This document shows positions 24,301 through 34,850 of a stretch of DNA of 64,000 nt, piece by piece. Numbering within the stretch: the first letter of the stretch is position 1; each line of letters begins with the position of its first letter. Origin of the DNA: Felis catus. Its lineage: Eukaryota. Under the pieces are notes generated by a model, which did not search any database, was not told the DNA's origin, and was given only the letters and a program-made list of their open reading frames with translations. A program made the position numbers and the translations under genes. The stretch covers positions 87,794,001 to 87,858,000 of the forward strand of contig NC_058368.1 in NCBI RefSeq assembly GCF_018350175.1. The letters are read 5' to 3'.

Positions 24301-25579
24301 GCGTTCTCTCTCTCTCTCTCTCAAAAAAAAAAAAAAAATCAACATTAAAAATTTTTTTTTGAATTAAAGCTCCCTGAAGGAGACAGAGGGAGTCCCCACT
24401 GTGTAGCCCTCTTACAAAGCTCAGCTCTAAAGCAATCCTTCCTTGGCAAGGAGTTCCCAGGAATGACAGTCGATGGTGGTTATGTAAAAAACCCAGTTTT
24501 GGAGATGTGTGGGAAGTGTGGGGGCCACTCCGGACCCCAGAACTGCCACATTATTTTAAGACAAAATCACTTAAGATTCAACAGATGCAAAAGAAAGCTG
24601 CCTTGGGGCTTCTCTTGTTTGACTAAAAGCAGCAAGTTCTGGGAACGAGGTTGCTGGAAACCTCTCCATCCCCAAGGAGACGGAAAGACCACTGGCAGCT
24701 GTGGAGACAAAGCTTATCTCCTGTTCTCCCCCAAAAACCACTTGCCTTTCCTAAAGGAACCTGTTTTCCCCACAGAGGCTACCTGTCCCCCTCCCAGGTG
24801 CGCATGAAACTCACACCCCTTCTAACCTTTTCTGGCTCCCCAAGGATGCACAGTAAGGTAGTTTTTTGTCCTGTCATTCTGTCTGTCCTCCTCCAGGTAT
24901 TGTCTGGAGCAGGCACAAGATGAATCCAGTGCTGTCTGGGGTTTGCTTAAACAACACAACGTTTGGGGCGCCTAGGTGTTTCAGTCAGTTAAACGTCTGA
25001 CTTGGGCTCAGGTCATGATTGCACAGCTAGTGGGTTTGAGCCCCGCATTGGGCTCTGGTGCTGACAGCTCAGAGCCTGGAGCCTGCTTCAGATTCTGTGT
25101 CTCCCTCTCTTTCTGACCCTCCCCTGCCTGTGCTCTGTCTCCCCGCAGACAAAACAACAGGCCAGATATATCAAACGCAGTAAAAGGCTCATCTGGGCAC
25201 TTTATGCACGGGATTCGTTGCTCTCTTGTGGGTCTTCCTGACACCTTTTTACTCAAGGTTTGAACATTCCATGATTCTGTTCCCTGAAGGGAAAGACATC
25301 CTCCGCCCAGAACGCCCCAGCTGATGGAAAGGGCAGCAGAGGGGTCGTGGCTCTGGGAGGGGGGATTAGAATCAGCATCAGGCTGTCCACCTGGAGCCTC
25401 TTGCACCGCCCAGGCCCAGGCGCACATAAAAAGGGTGAGCGCCCAGCCTGTCCTGGTCCTGTGCGTCTACAGCCACATGCCTGTTTTCCCTGCCCTCTTG
25501 CCCTGGCCCAGCCTCAATTTCCTCATCTGTCGGGTCCCCCAGACCCTAGGACTTGGGGGTGCTCAGCCACCAGCGAGCT

Positions 25580-26460
25580 CTAGGTCCGGGTTGGGGGCAG
25601 CTACCCGCCGAAGCAACCTCCTGGCGGGGGCCGGACCCCAAGGGGTCGACCGCTCCCAGTGACGCGTCCAATATGATCCTCCTTTCCTAACCGGGGATCT
25701 GGACGACGCCCCCTCCCCTGGACCCGGCTCTGAGCACTAGCGAAGTCACCACCGGAGAGGTGGGGCTGTTGTGAGAGGGTCGCCCGCCCTGCTGCCTCCT
25801 CCAGCGACCCCACTTCATCCCCACCCACACCCAGCGATCCCTTCACCTCCCGCACCTCCCCCCCCCCCACCTCCACGCCGCAGGGATCCCAGACTTGCTC
25901 CGTCTTCTGCTCTCATCTCTTCCCCATTGTGGATCCACCCCTTGCCCCTTCCCCACCTCCCCCCTGCCTGCAACCCTCTTTTCCCACACCTCTCAGAAAG
26001 ATTACCCCCCACTGGCCTTTGCCCCTGCAATCTCTATCATCCCTCTTCCCTCCTCCCGGCTGGGTTGCCAAAACCGCCTCCGTCCCACCCCTGACCCACT
26101 CTGCGCTGGCCCCCGCCCCATCCCCAGGCTGCTGACAACCCGCCCCACAAAGCCTCCCGCCCCCATCCCCTGCCCCCACCTGATAACTAGCGCCCCAGCC
26201 CCACGCCGCCCTTGCCCCCGCCCCTGCTGACGCCACAAAGCCCAGCACCCCCGGGACCCCCACGACCTCTGTGACCACCGCCCCATGGTCTTCACTGCGC
26301 AAACGCAGGCTTTCCAGGGCGCTATTTGCGCGCGTGACTGAGGACGACCGCGGCCTGTGGCCCCCTCCCCGGTGGTGAGTACCGGTCCCTCCAGGGAGGG
26401 GGCAGGCGGCACGTCACCCCTTGTGCGCTGAGGCTCTGGTGGGGACTTCGTGCGCTGCCC
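25580..26460 (+). promoter_or_regulatory. CpG-rich promoter region and probable non-coding first exon of TRIM17
   Basis: High CpG/GC content, GC boxes, TGACG half-CREs (~25660, ~26228) and a strong donor GTG|GTGAGT at 26374/26375. The first coding exon has an acceptor 5 nt before its ATG, so an upstream exon is expected. Confidence 0.55.
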
Positions 26461-26940
26461 CTGTAGCAGACACAGCTTCCAGGATGGTTACAGCCTGGGA
26501 CCAGACGGGTGAACTGGTTTTGCCCCTTTACAGAAAAGCATTCTCGGACGGAGGGTGGCCTGTCCATCCTCACTGACCTGGGGCCCTTGGGGGTGTTGCC
26601 TCCATCCTGAGCCAGACCCCCAGCCCACCAGCTTGCCCCGCTGGCCCGCGTTTCTGTTGGGTGGGCAGCAGTGCCCCTTAGGGTGGAGAGAGCAGAGGGA
26701 CACCCTGACCTCACAGTGTCTGCAGAGACAGCTCCAGATAAATTGAACCAGGGTCTGGGACGTGGGAGGCCTGAGGCATCCAGCCGTGCTCACTGCAGAT
26801 GACTGCAGAGAAAGGAGCTGGGATAGTAAAGTCCAGAAATGATGTTCCAATCCCCTAACAGGGCTCGAATAACACCCTGCGACCTGCAGAGGGGGCTTTG
26901 GACCTCCCTGGCATAGGGTCAGGGGTACAGCCACACCCAG

Positions 26941-28020
26941 TGTGACCATGTGTGTGCATGTGTGTATGTGTGTGCTCTCATGTGTGCATGCATGTATGCA
27001 TGTACGTGTGTGCGTGTGTGACTGTGTGTGCATGTATGTGTGTGCTTGTGAGACTATGTGTGCGAGTGTGTATGCGTGTGCTCTCATGTGTGTGCATGTA
27101 TATCTGTGCGTGTGCTCTCGTGTGTGTGTGCATGTGTGTGCGTGTATGTGCTCTCGTATGTACGTACATGTGTGCATGTATGTGTGTGGCCGTATGTGGT
27201 TGTGCTGTCGTGTGTGCATGCATATTTGCATGTATGTGTGCATGTATGTGTGTGCATGAGTGACCGTGTGTGTGCATATACGTGTGTGCGTGCATGTGTA
27301 TTTGTGTGCATGTGTGCACTGTGTGTGCATATGTATGCTCTCGTGTGTGTGCACATATGTCTTGCGTGTGTGACCATGTGTGTGCGTGTGTGACCGTGTG
27401 TGTATGTGTGTGTTCTCATGTGTGTGCATGTGTGTATTTGTGTGTGTGCTTGTGAGACTGTATGTGGGCATGTGTGTGCATGCGTGTGTATGTCTCTGTG
27501 TGTGCATGTGTGCATCTGCGCGCATGTACATGTGTGTTTGTGTGCGTGTGTGTGCATGCATGTGTGCGCATGTGTGCGTACATGTGTATTTGTGCGCGTT
27601 TGTGTGTGCATGTGTGCTGTGTGTTCTGTGCATGTGTGCACACGTGTGTGCATATATGTTCTCTGAACATCTGTGCTCTCGTGTATGTGTGCATATGTGC
27701 GCATGTGCGTGTGTGCTCTCATGTATGTGCAAGAGTGTGCATGTGTTTGCATTGCGTGTGTATGTGCATGTCTGCTTGTGTGCGCATGTGCATGTGTCTA
27801 TGTGTGTGCACGTGTGTATGTGTGTTCATTTGTGCACATATGTGTGCAAGCATGCATGTGTGTGTATTTGTGTGTATGTGTATACATGTGTGCGTGTGTG
27901 TGTGTTCTGTGCATGTGTATGTGTGTATATGTGCACGTGTGTGCATGGGTGCGCTCTCGTGTGTGTGCATATGTGCACGTGTGTGTTTGCTCTTGTGTGT
28001 GTGCATGTCTGTGCATGCAC
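26941..28020 (+). repeat. ~1.08 kb degenerate (TG)n/(TGCA)n alternating purine-pyrimidine array
   Basis: Continuous TGTG/TGCATG/TGTA sequence with recurring breaks (gctctc, tgacc, tgagact). Confidence 0.95.
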
Positions 28021-28454
28021 TCACGCACACCAGGTGTCTTTTCTGCACTGCACCATGTGGCAGAACACCAGAGCTGACGCGTAGTCAGGACAGTAAAAAC
28101 AGACTTTGTTCAGGATTACTGTAATATAGGGGATGAGAGGTCCCAGCAAAGAACTGGCTCAACTCAGTATAGGGTGGACCAGAAGCGGGTCAGGGGAAGT
28201 GAGGGTTAGTGATGAAAAATCTCTGAGAGGGAGATTCTTGCCAAACTGGCCGAACAGGATTCTTGCTGTAGACAGGTCAGTGGGAGGTGAGGAGCCAGAT
28301 CAGACATCATGTGGGGGGTGGGGGGTTGGGGGGACGCTCTAATGCAACCTAGCAAGATCCCCCCTACAGTGGGTGGGGCCGGCCACAGACAAGGGTTTGG
28401 TGTGGAGAGGATCAAGGAGCATGTAAGGGACACTCCACTCCCTGCCCAGGAAGC

Positions 28455-28883
28455 ATGGATGCCTTGGAACTTGCCAGAAAGCTGCAGGAGGAGGCCACGT
28501 GCTCCATCTGCCTTGACTACTTCACGGACCCGGTGATGACCTCCTGCGGCCACAACTTCTGCCGCGAGTGCATCCGGCTGGCCTGGGAGAAGGCCAAAGG
28601 CAGGAAAGGGGGGAGGAAGCGGAAGGGCTCCTTCCCATGTCCCGAGTGCCGGGAGCTATCCCCCCAAAGGAACTTGCGGCCCAACCGCCTGCTGACCAAA
28701 GTGGCCGAGATGGCGCGGCAGCACCCGGGCTTCCAGAGCAGGGACCTGTGCACAGAGCACCAGGAGTTGCTGAAGCTCTTCTGTGAGGACGACCAGATCC
28801 CCATCTGTGTCGTCTGCAAGGAGGCCCGGGAACACAGGACCCACAGGGTGGTCCCGGTCGAGGAGGCCGTGCAAGAGTACAAG
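28455..28883 (+). CDS. TRIM17: TRIM17 coding exon 1 (RING + B-box2)
   Basis: Acceptor cccag ends at 28449, ATG 28455, C3HC4 RING, donor AAG|gtgggt. Confidence 0.95.
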
Positions 28884-31800
28884 GTGGGTCACAGGGACGT
28901 CCTGGTGCACATGTAGTAGGCAGGACAAGAGCCCCCATAATGCACAGCCCAAACGTCCACAAAGCTGGTGGCCTGGAGTCCACACTATTGGAGGCCCTGC
29001 CCCAGGTCCATGCAGTTAGGGCTCCAGCACCATGGGCTGATAGCCCTCATCCTGGTTCCCTGTCCTCGCTGGGCGGGGAGCTCTGTGGGGTCTGTTGTAT
29101 GATCACACTAATCCCATTCCTGGGGGCGCCACCCTCGTGACCTGATTGCCCCCCAGGAGCCCCACCTCCTCACTCCGCGCTGGGGGTTCGTATTCAGCAT
29201 GTGGGCTTGGAGACATGTGCCAAGCACAGCAGAAAGCAAATATAGGGAAACTCACAGAAGAGAAGGGTTGCTAGTGCACATGCATCGGGGCACCAGCTCG
29301 CCACCTTCCTGTAGGGCCATAAACCTTCCTGGGATGAGACCCCTGGCCCTCCTCTTCTTCTGACCTTTACTCAGTTAAGGGGAGCCCCGGGAAGGTCTAT
29401 TTCTGCAGTGCTGATCCTTGATTGGCTCCAGCTCATAATAACCCTCCTGCCCAAGGCACATGTCTCGGGTGCCATGTGTTCTTCCCCAGGACCCCCTCAC
29501 GTCCTTCTCTGGGGTGGGGGCACTGGGCAGATGTCAGGGCATAAGGGCCTCTGACCCCACACTCTGCGGTCCATGTGTCTCACAGCTGAAGCTGCAGGCC
29601 GACATGGGGCACCTTCGGGAGGAGATGATGAAGACTGGGAGGCTGCAGGCCAGGGAGAGACAGACCTTGGCTGAGTGGCAGGCAGGTGCCCAGGGACGGG
29701 GTGCACACACAGGAGCCCAGTGGGTTCGGACAGGCCACACAAGAGCTGTGTGGATGCGAACACATACCCGGAGCTCAGGATTCCCGCTAGAATCAGGATC
29801 CAGAACACAAGCCCAGCCCAGGCCGGCTGCCTTGGAGGTGCAGGGACCTTGGGTGCCGCTGCTTGGGGCTCAGCAGGTGACCCCCACAGAGGGGCTCCCT
29901 CCCCTGCTAGGCTAGCTTCTTCTCTGTGGGTCACCAGGACCCTGGGGGGTTACAGCGTCCTGGGAGCTGCCCTCCCATCTGGCTGGCGGGGAAAGGGAGT
30001 GGATACGGGTCCGGGATCCCTCACACCCGCAATCCCCCCTCCCCCACCGCTGGCTCCTGCAGGAGAAGGTGAAGGAGCAGAGGCGGCGCATCCTGGTGGA
30101 GTTTGAGAAGGTGGGCCTCTTCCTCCTGGAGGAGGAACAGCGCCTGCTCCAGGCCCTGAAGACTGAGGATGAGGAGGTGGGAGCCAGGCTGCGGGAGAGC
30201 TCTGCCGCCCTGGAGCGGCAGGGCCACTCCCTGGAGATGCTGCTGCTCCAGCTGGAGGACAAGAACCAGCACAGCCCACTGCAGATGTTGCAGGTGAGGG
30301 GGCGCCCTGCTCTCTGGGGGGAGGAGAGTCCTCAGTACACCTGCTCCCTAGGGGTGTGGCGAGTCCTCAGTGCACCTGCTCCCTGGGAGGGAGTCCCCAG
30401 TACACCTGCTCCCTGGGGAGTGGGGGAGAGTCCTCAGTACACCTGCTCACCTGGGGGAGGGGAGACCCCAGGACCCCTGCTCACTTGGGGGGGGGGAGAC
30501 CTCAGGACCCCTGCTCACCTGGGGAGGAGGGGAGACCTCAGCAACCCTGCTCACCTGGGGGAGTGGAGACTTCAGCACCCCTGCTCCCTGGGGGGAGGGG
30601 AGTCCCCAGGACACCTGATCCTGGGGGAGGGGAGACCTCAGCACCACTGCTCATATTGGGGGGTGGGGAGACCTCAATACAGCTGCTCATCTGGGGGGGA
30701 GGGGAGACCTAGCACCCCTGCTCACCTGGGGGAGGGGAGACCTCAGTACACCTGCTCACCTGGGGGGGGGGGGTAGGTGAGACCTCAGCACCCCTGCTCA
30801 CCTATCTGGGTGGGGGGGACTCATGCCCAGGTGTGGTCAGGTGGTGACTACAGTAACTAGTACACACAGGGGAAGGCTGTCTCAGCTCAGACTGCCTCAC
30901 AAAGACAACAGGAGGTGGTTCACACAGTGGACTGTGTCTCCTGGTTCTGGAGGCAGGAAGTCTGGGATCCAGGCACAGGCAGGGCTGGTTACTCCCCAGG
31001 CCTCTCTCCCTGACGTATACGTGGCCATCTTCTCCCTGAGTCCTCGCAGGGTCATCCCTCTCTGCCTGTCTGTGTCCTAAACTCCTTTTCTTGCAAGGAC
31101 ACCAGTGTTAGGGAATTAGGGTCCAACCCTAGTGACCTCACTTTACCGTAAATCGGCTCTTTAAAGACCCAATCACCAATACAGTCCCCCTCTGAGGTCC
31201 TGCGGGCTGGGGCTCCAGTGTGTGAATCTGAAGCCCAGTCAGCCCATTACAGGCTCTCGTCCTACAGATGTGTGTCCCCTCCCTTCCTAGCCCAGGGAGG
31301 TGGCCTGGGGGCGGCTGTCATTAGTGAGGTGATGTGGGGCACAGACACACTGGCCCAGATAGACACCCATGACTTCACAGGCAGGAGGGAGTCATGTGAT
31401 TGCACCCCAGGATGGCAGTCACGAGAGGCCACAGCTGGCCTTCCAAGGACAGACCGGCCCACCGAGGCCCTGAAAGCAGGGGGTTATGTTGGCCAACAAG
31501 TGGGTGATTCACCAACTATGTGGAGGGACGGAATCCACGGCGACAGATAAGATTGCACACACTCCTGTGTGCATGTTTCCACAAGAGAAGCAAATGCCAC
31601 ATGCAGGGAATCCATGCATCCATCCCGTTTGCCTGGCTCAGGCCCAGGTTTTTTTCTGTTGTCCTGACCTCTGTGGGTTTTGTCCCCAGGAAGGGGCCTG
31701 TTCTAGATGACAAGTTATGTGGTAGCTCAGGCTACGTAGCTCAGAGGAACGTTTTGTCTTCTATTAAAAAGCAACCTATCTACAAACTAACATGTGGACC

Positions 31801-33121
31801 TTTTTGTCACTCACAGTGATGCTGAACTACAAAAGGCACATTGATGGTCACCTGCCCTGTGCCCCCAATTCCACCCATGGGTTCACTGGCACAGCTTCCA
31901 TGTCCCCAGGCATTATGTGGGGAGAACAGGAGGCCTGGCCAGGCCAGTGCATAGGATTCCTGTGTGCAGCCAAGACCGGGTTACGCTCTGGAAAGTGGGC
32001 ACAGGGCTGTGGGAAAACATCTTAGCCTTTCTAGCACTACAGACCAGAAATGCAGGCACAACGCCCCAGATTCCTCACGAGGCTTTGCCAATCTCCCTCC
32101 TTCTGTGTCTTGCAGGACATGAAGGAGCTCCTGAGCAGGTACGTGGCCAGCTGCAGGGGAGGCACTGATGGGCGCAGGGAGGGCTCCCCGTGGGATCAGA
32201 GGGGACAATGACCCTGTGTCCACTGGAGGAGGAACAGCCTGAGTGTACAGTACCCAGAGGCCACCCCAACTGTGCTGAGGACAGTCTGCAGGGTCCCTGG
32301 GCAGATAGAGGTGCTGAAGAGTTTCCAAGGTAAGCAGGAGCCCAGCCGGGGGGACTGTCCTTTATGGGACATTCACACTCTGTGCCCTTTCTCTTCCTAT
32401 GGGGACACACGGTGAGGTGCCCAAATGGCCCCCCAGCTCCCAGCACCTTAGCACCACCAATATGGACAGTTGGGGGAGGGACCCCAGTGGCCCAGGTGTA
32501 CAGCTGGACTCAGCCCTGGAGCCTGGTTAGGGAGAGCACGTTTGATTCGCTGCCCCCTTCCCTCCATATGCAGAGGATGTGGTGCCGGACCCCGCCACCG
32601 CCTACCCCTACCTCCTCTTGTACGAGAGCTGCCAGAGGCGCTACCTGAGCACGCCACTGGAGGGCGCGCTCCACAGCAAGGACAGGTTCCTGGCCTACCC
32701 CTGCGCCGTGGGCCGGGAGACCTTCTCCTCGGGCAGGCACTATTGGGAGGTGGGCATGAACCTCACCGGTGACGCTCTCTGGGCCCTGGGCGTGTGCAGG
32801 GACAATGTGAGCCGGAGGGACAGGGTCCCCAAGTGCCCCGAAAATGGGTTCTGGGTGGTGCAGCTGTGCAAAGGGAAGAAGTACACACCCAGCACATCTG
32901 CCCCAACCCCTGTCACGCTGGCCGAGCCCCCCAGCCACATGGGGGTCTTCCTGGACTTCGAAGCGGGGGAGGTGTCCTTCTACAACCTGAAGGACGGGTC
33001 CCACATGCACACCTACGCCCAGCTGCAATTCTCCGGCCCCCTGAAGCCCTTCTTCTGCCTGGGGGCCCCCAAATCAGGCCAGATGGTCATCTCTACAGTG
33101 ACGCTGTGGGTGAAGGGATAG
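28455..33121 (+). CDS. TRIM17: E3 ubiquitin ligase TRIM17 (RING-Bbox2-coiled coil-PRY/SPRY), 475 aa, complete
   Basis: Coding exons 28455-28883, 29586-29681, 30063-30293, 32116-32138, 32229-32329, 32574-33121 (429+96+231+23+101+548 = 1428 nt, in frame). Starts [23 protein letters not shown], has the basic RING insert, ends ...[10 protein letters not shown]. The 96/231/23-nt exon pattern is typical of class IV TRIMs. Confidence 0.95.
29586..29681 (+). CDS. TRIM17: TRIM17 coding exon 2 (coiled coil, 96 nt, GC donor)
   Basis: cacag|CTGAAG...TGGCAG|gcaggt; [32 protein letters not shown]. Confidence 0.9.
30063..30293 (+). CDS. TRIM17: TRIM17 coding exon 3 (coiled coil, 231 nt)
   Basis: tgcag|GAGAAG...TTGCAG|gtgagg; [16 protein letters not shown]...PLQMLQ. 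Confidence 0.93.
30304..30822 (+). repeat. G-rich minisatellite, ~34-bp unit x ~15
   Basis: Unit approx CTGCTCACCTGGGGGAGGGGAGACCTCAGCACCC; ctgctc core recurs about every 30-37 nt. Confidence 0.92.
32116..32138 (+). CDS. TRIM17: TRIM17 coding exon 4 (23 nt)
   Basis: tgcag|GACATGAAGGAGCTCCTGAGCAG|gtacgt. Confidence 0.9.
32229..32329 (+). CDS. TRIM17: TRIM17 coding exon 5 (101 nt linker)
   Basis: [33 protein letters not shown]; donor AAG|gtaagc; acceptor is an atypical gag; same size as TRIM11 exon 5. Confidence 0.85.
32574..33121 (+). CDS. TRIM17: TRIM17 coding exon 6 (PRY/SPRY, B30.2)
   Basis: tgcag|AGGATGTG; motifs [33 protein letters not shown] 33119-33121. Confidence 0.95.
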
Positions 33122-33277
33122 GGGCACAGGCCGGGGGAAGGGGGGCGCGGGCATCCCTGGTTTCTCCAGAAGGTGAGGTGGCTCCACTCAGCGCAGGCCA
33201 CCTGCCAGACATATCTAAGGTGGTGGAGCGCTTGTGAGCCACTGGCTGGCTGCTCTCAAAGCTGAAGTGTAATCGCG

Positions 33278-33283
33278 ATTAAA
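33278..33283 (+). terminator. Probable TRIM17 polyadenylation signal (ATTAAA)
   Basis: First polyA-type hexamer, ~160 nt after the stop codon. Confidence 0.6.
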
Positions 33284-33699
33284 GCCTTTAAATATCAAGA
33301 GACTGTATTCACACATGCGTCATAAAGGAGGCTTTGAAAACCGCTGGGTTTCACAGTGGGCCGATTCTAAGTGGGGACCTCCCGTGCCCGGCGCAGCGTG
33401 GGATGCTGGTGTTTAGCCCCTCCTTCGACACACGCCCAAGCAGGGATGCTGCCTGCGCATGGGCTGCTTGTGACTCGCAGAGCAGGGCCCACCTTGTCTT
33501 CCAAAACTTCCACGTTTGCACGCACCTTTCGCGGGTGTCATGGGGAAGGGGGGGCCATGGGAAGATGACACTTTTCAAACTGCATCGCTGAAACCCTCAG
33601 AGCAGTCCAGCCTTGAAGGTGCACCTGCAGGGATCACGGGTCACGGGGGGGGGGGGGGGGGGCGGTGGTGGTGGTGGTGGGAGGAGAGTCCTTTCTGGC

Positions 33700-34850
33700 C
33701 CCCGCCCCCGCAGTTTCAGGCGCATTAACCGCCCTACGCCAGGCCGGGCACCCAGAATCCCAGTCGGTGTATGTCTACCTTAAGGCCAGAGTGCCTACAG
33801 GCCGAGCCCCTTCCTGCACTGATCCTGATCGTGCCCGGCGCAGGGGCGCACGGGAGACGGCTTGGGGCTCGCCGCCGCGGCCTCAGGCTCCCCTTGTCCT
33901 CGAAGTCGCTGTGCTGTGCGGGGAACCCAGTGAACGTGTGAGGCGCCCGCCGGCCCGGGTCCTGCAACCGGTCCTTCCCGGGACGCCAGGGATAGGTGAC
34001 CCACAGCCTGGAGCGCACGCGCGCGCGCGCGCAGACAGCGGAGGCTACGCCACAAGGTCAGCTGGCATGCAGCCTCCAATTCGGTTGGGCCCGCGGGCCG
34101 CGTGGCCGGCCTCAGCCAATCCGGAGCTAAAGCGGGTTGTTCCAAAAAAAAAAAAAAAAAAAAAAAACCAGCTGCTTCCTGCTTCCGCCGCGGCGCCTCT
34201 TCCTTCGCGCGTCCCTGGAGCCCCCGCGTCTCCGAGTGCTACCCGGAGTCTCGGTGACGGAGGCCACACCGCCCCAGCCGGCGGAAAGCGCCGCCCATCT
34301 CCGCCCGACCGGCGCCATGGCCGCCCCCGACCTGTCCACCAACCTCCAGGAGGAGGCCACCTGCGCCATCTGCCTTGACTACTTCACCGACCCCGTGATG
34401 ACCGACTGTGGCCACAACTTCTGCCGCGAGTGCATCCGGCGCTGCTGGGGCCAGCCCGAAGGCCCGTACGCCTGCCCCGAGTGCCGCGAGCTGTCCCCGC
34501 AGAGGAACCTGCGGCCCAATCGCCCGCTCGCCAAGATGGCCGAGATGGCGCGGCGCCTGCACCCGCCGTCGCCCGTCCCGCAGGGCGTGTGCGCCGCGCA
34601 CCGCGAGCCTCTGGCTGCCTTCTGCGGCGACGAGCTGCGCCTGCTGTGCGCCGCCTGCGAGCGCTCGGGGGAGCACTGGACGCACCGCGTGCGCCCGCTG
34701 CAGGACGCGGCCGACGACCTCAAGGTGCGCGGCGGGGCCCGGCTGGAGTCGGGGCCCGGGGGTGGTGGCTCGGCCCGGGCGGGATCCCGGGGGTGGTGTG
34801 CTCCTGGCTCGGGTGCAGGGAGTGCACGCAGCCGGCTTCACACAGCACCC
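33700..34850 (+). promoter_or_regulatory. TRIM11 CpG island promoter
   Basis: Dense CpG; CCAAT at 34076 and 34116; NRF1-like GCGCACGCGC at 34013; tandem ETS-like CTTCC at ~34175-34186. Confidence 0.8.
34317..34724 (+). CDS. TRIM11: TRIM11 coding exon 1 (RING + B-box2)
   Basis: ATG 34317; donor AAG|gtgcgc. Confidence 0.95.

Noticed and set aside
26488..28124. Long His/Thr-rich and Cys/Val-rich ORFs (up to 414 aa)
   Set aside because: These are translations of the (TG/CA) array, which lacks stop codons by composition.
30304..30822. CRISPR-like repeat-spacer array
   Set aside because: This is eukaryotic intronic DNA; the units are contiguous degenerate copies without unique spacers, and there are no cas genes.
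34137..34316. N-terminal extension of TRIM11 with poly-Lys
   Set aside because: It needs a non-ATG start and runs through the promoter A24 tract; the Kozak ATG at 34317 matches the known N-terminus.
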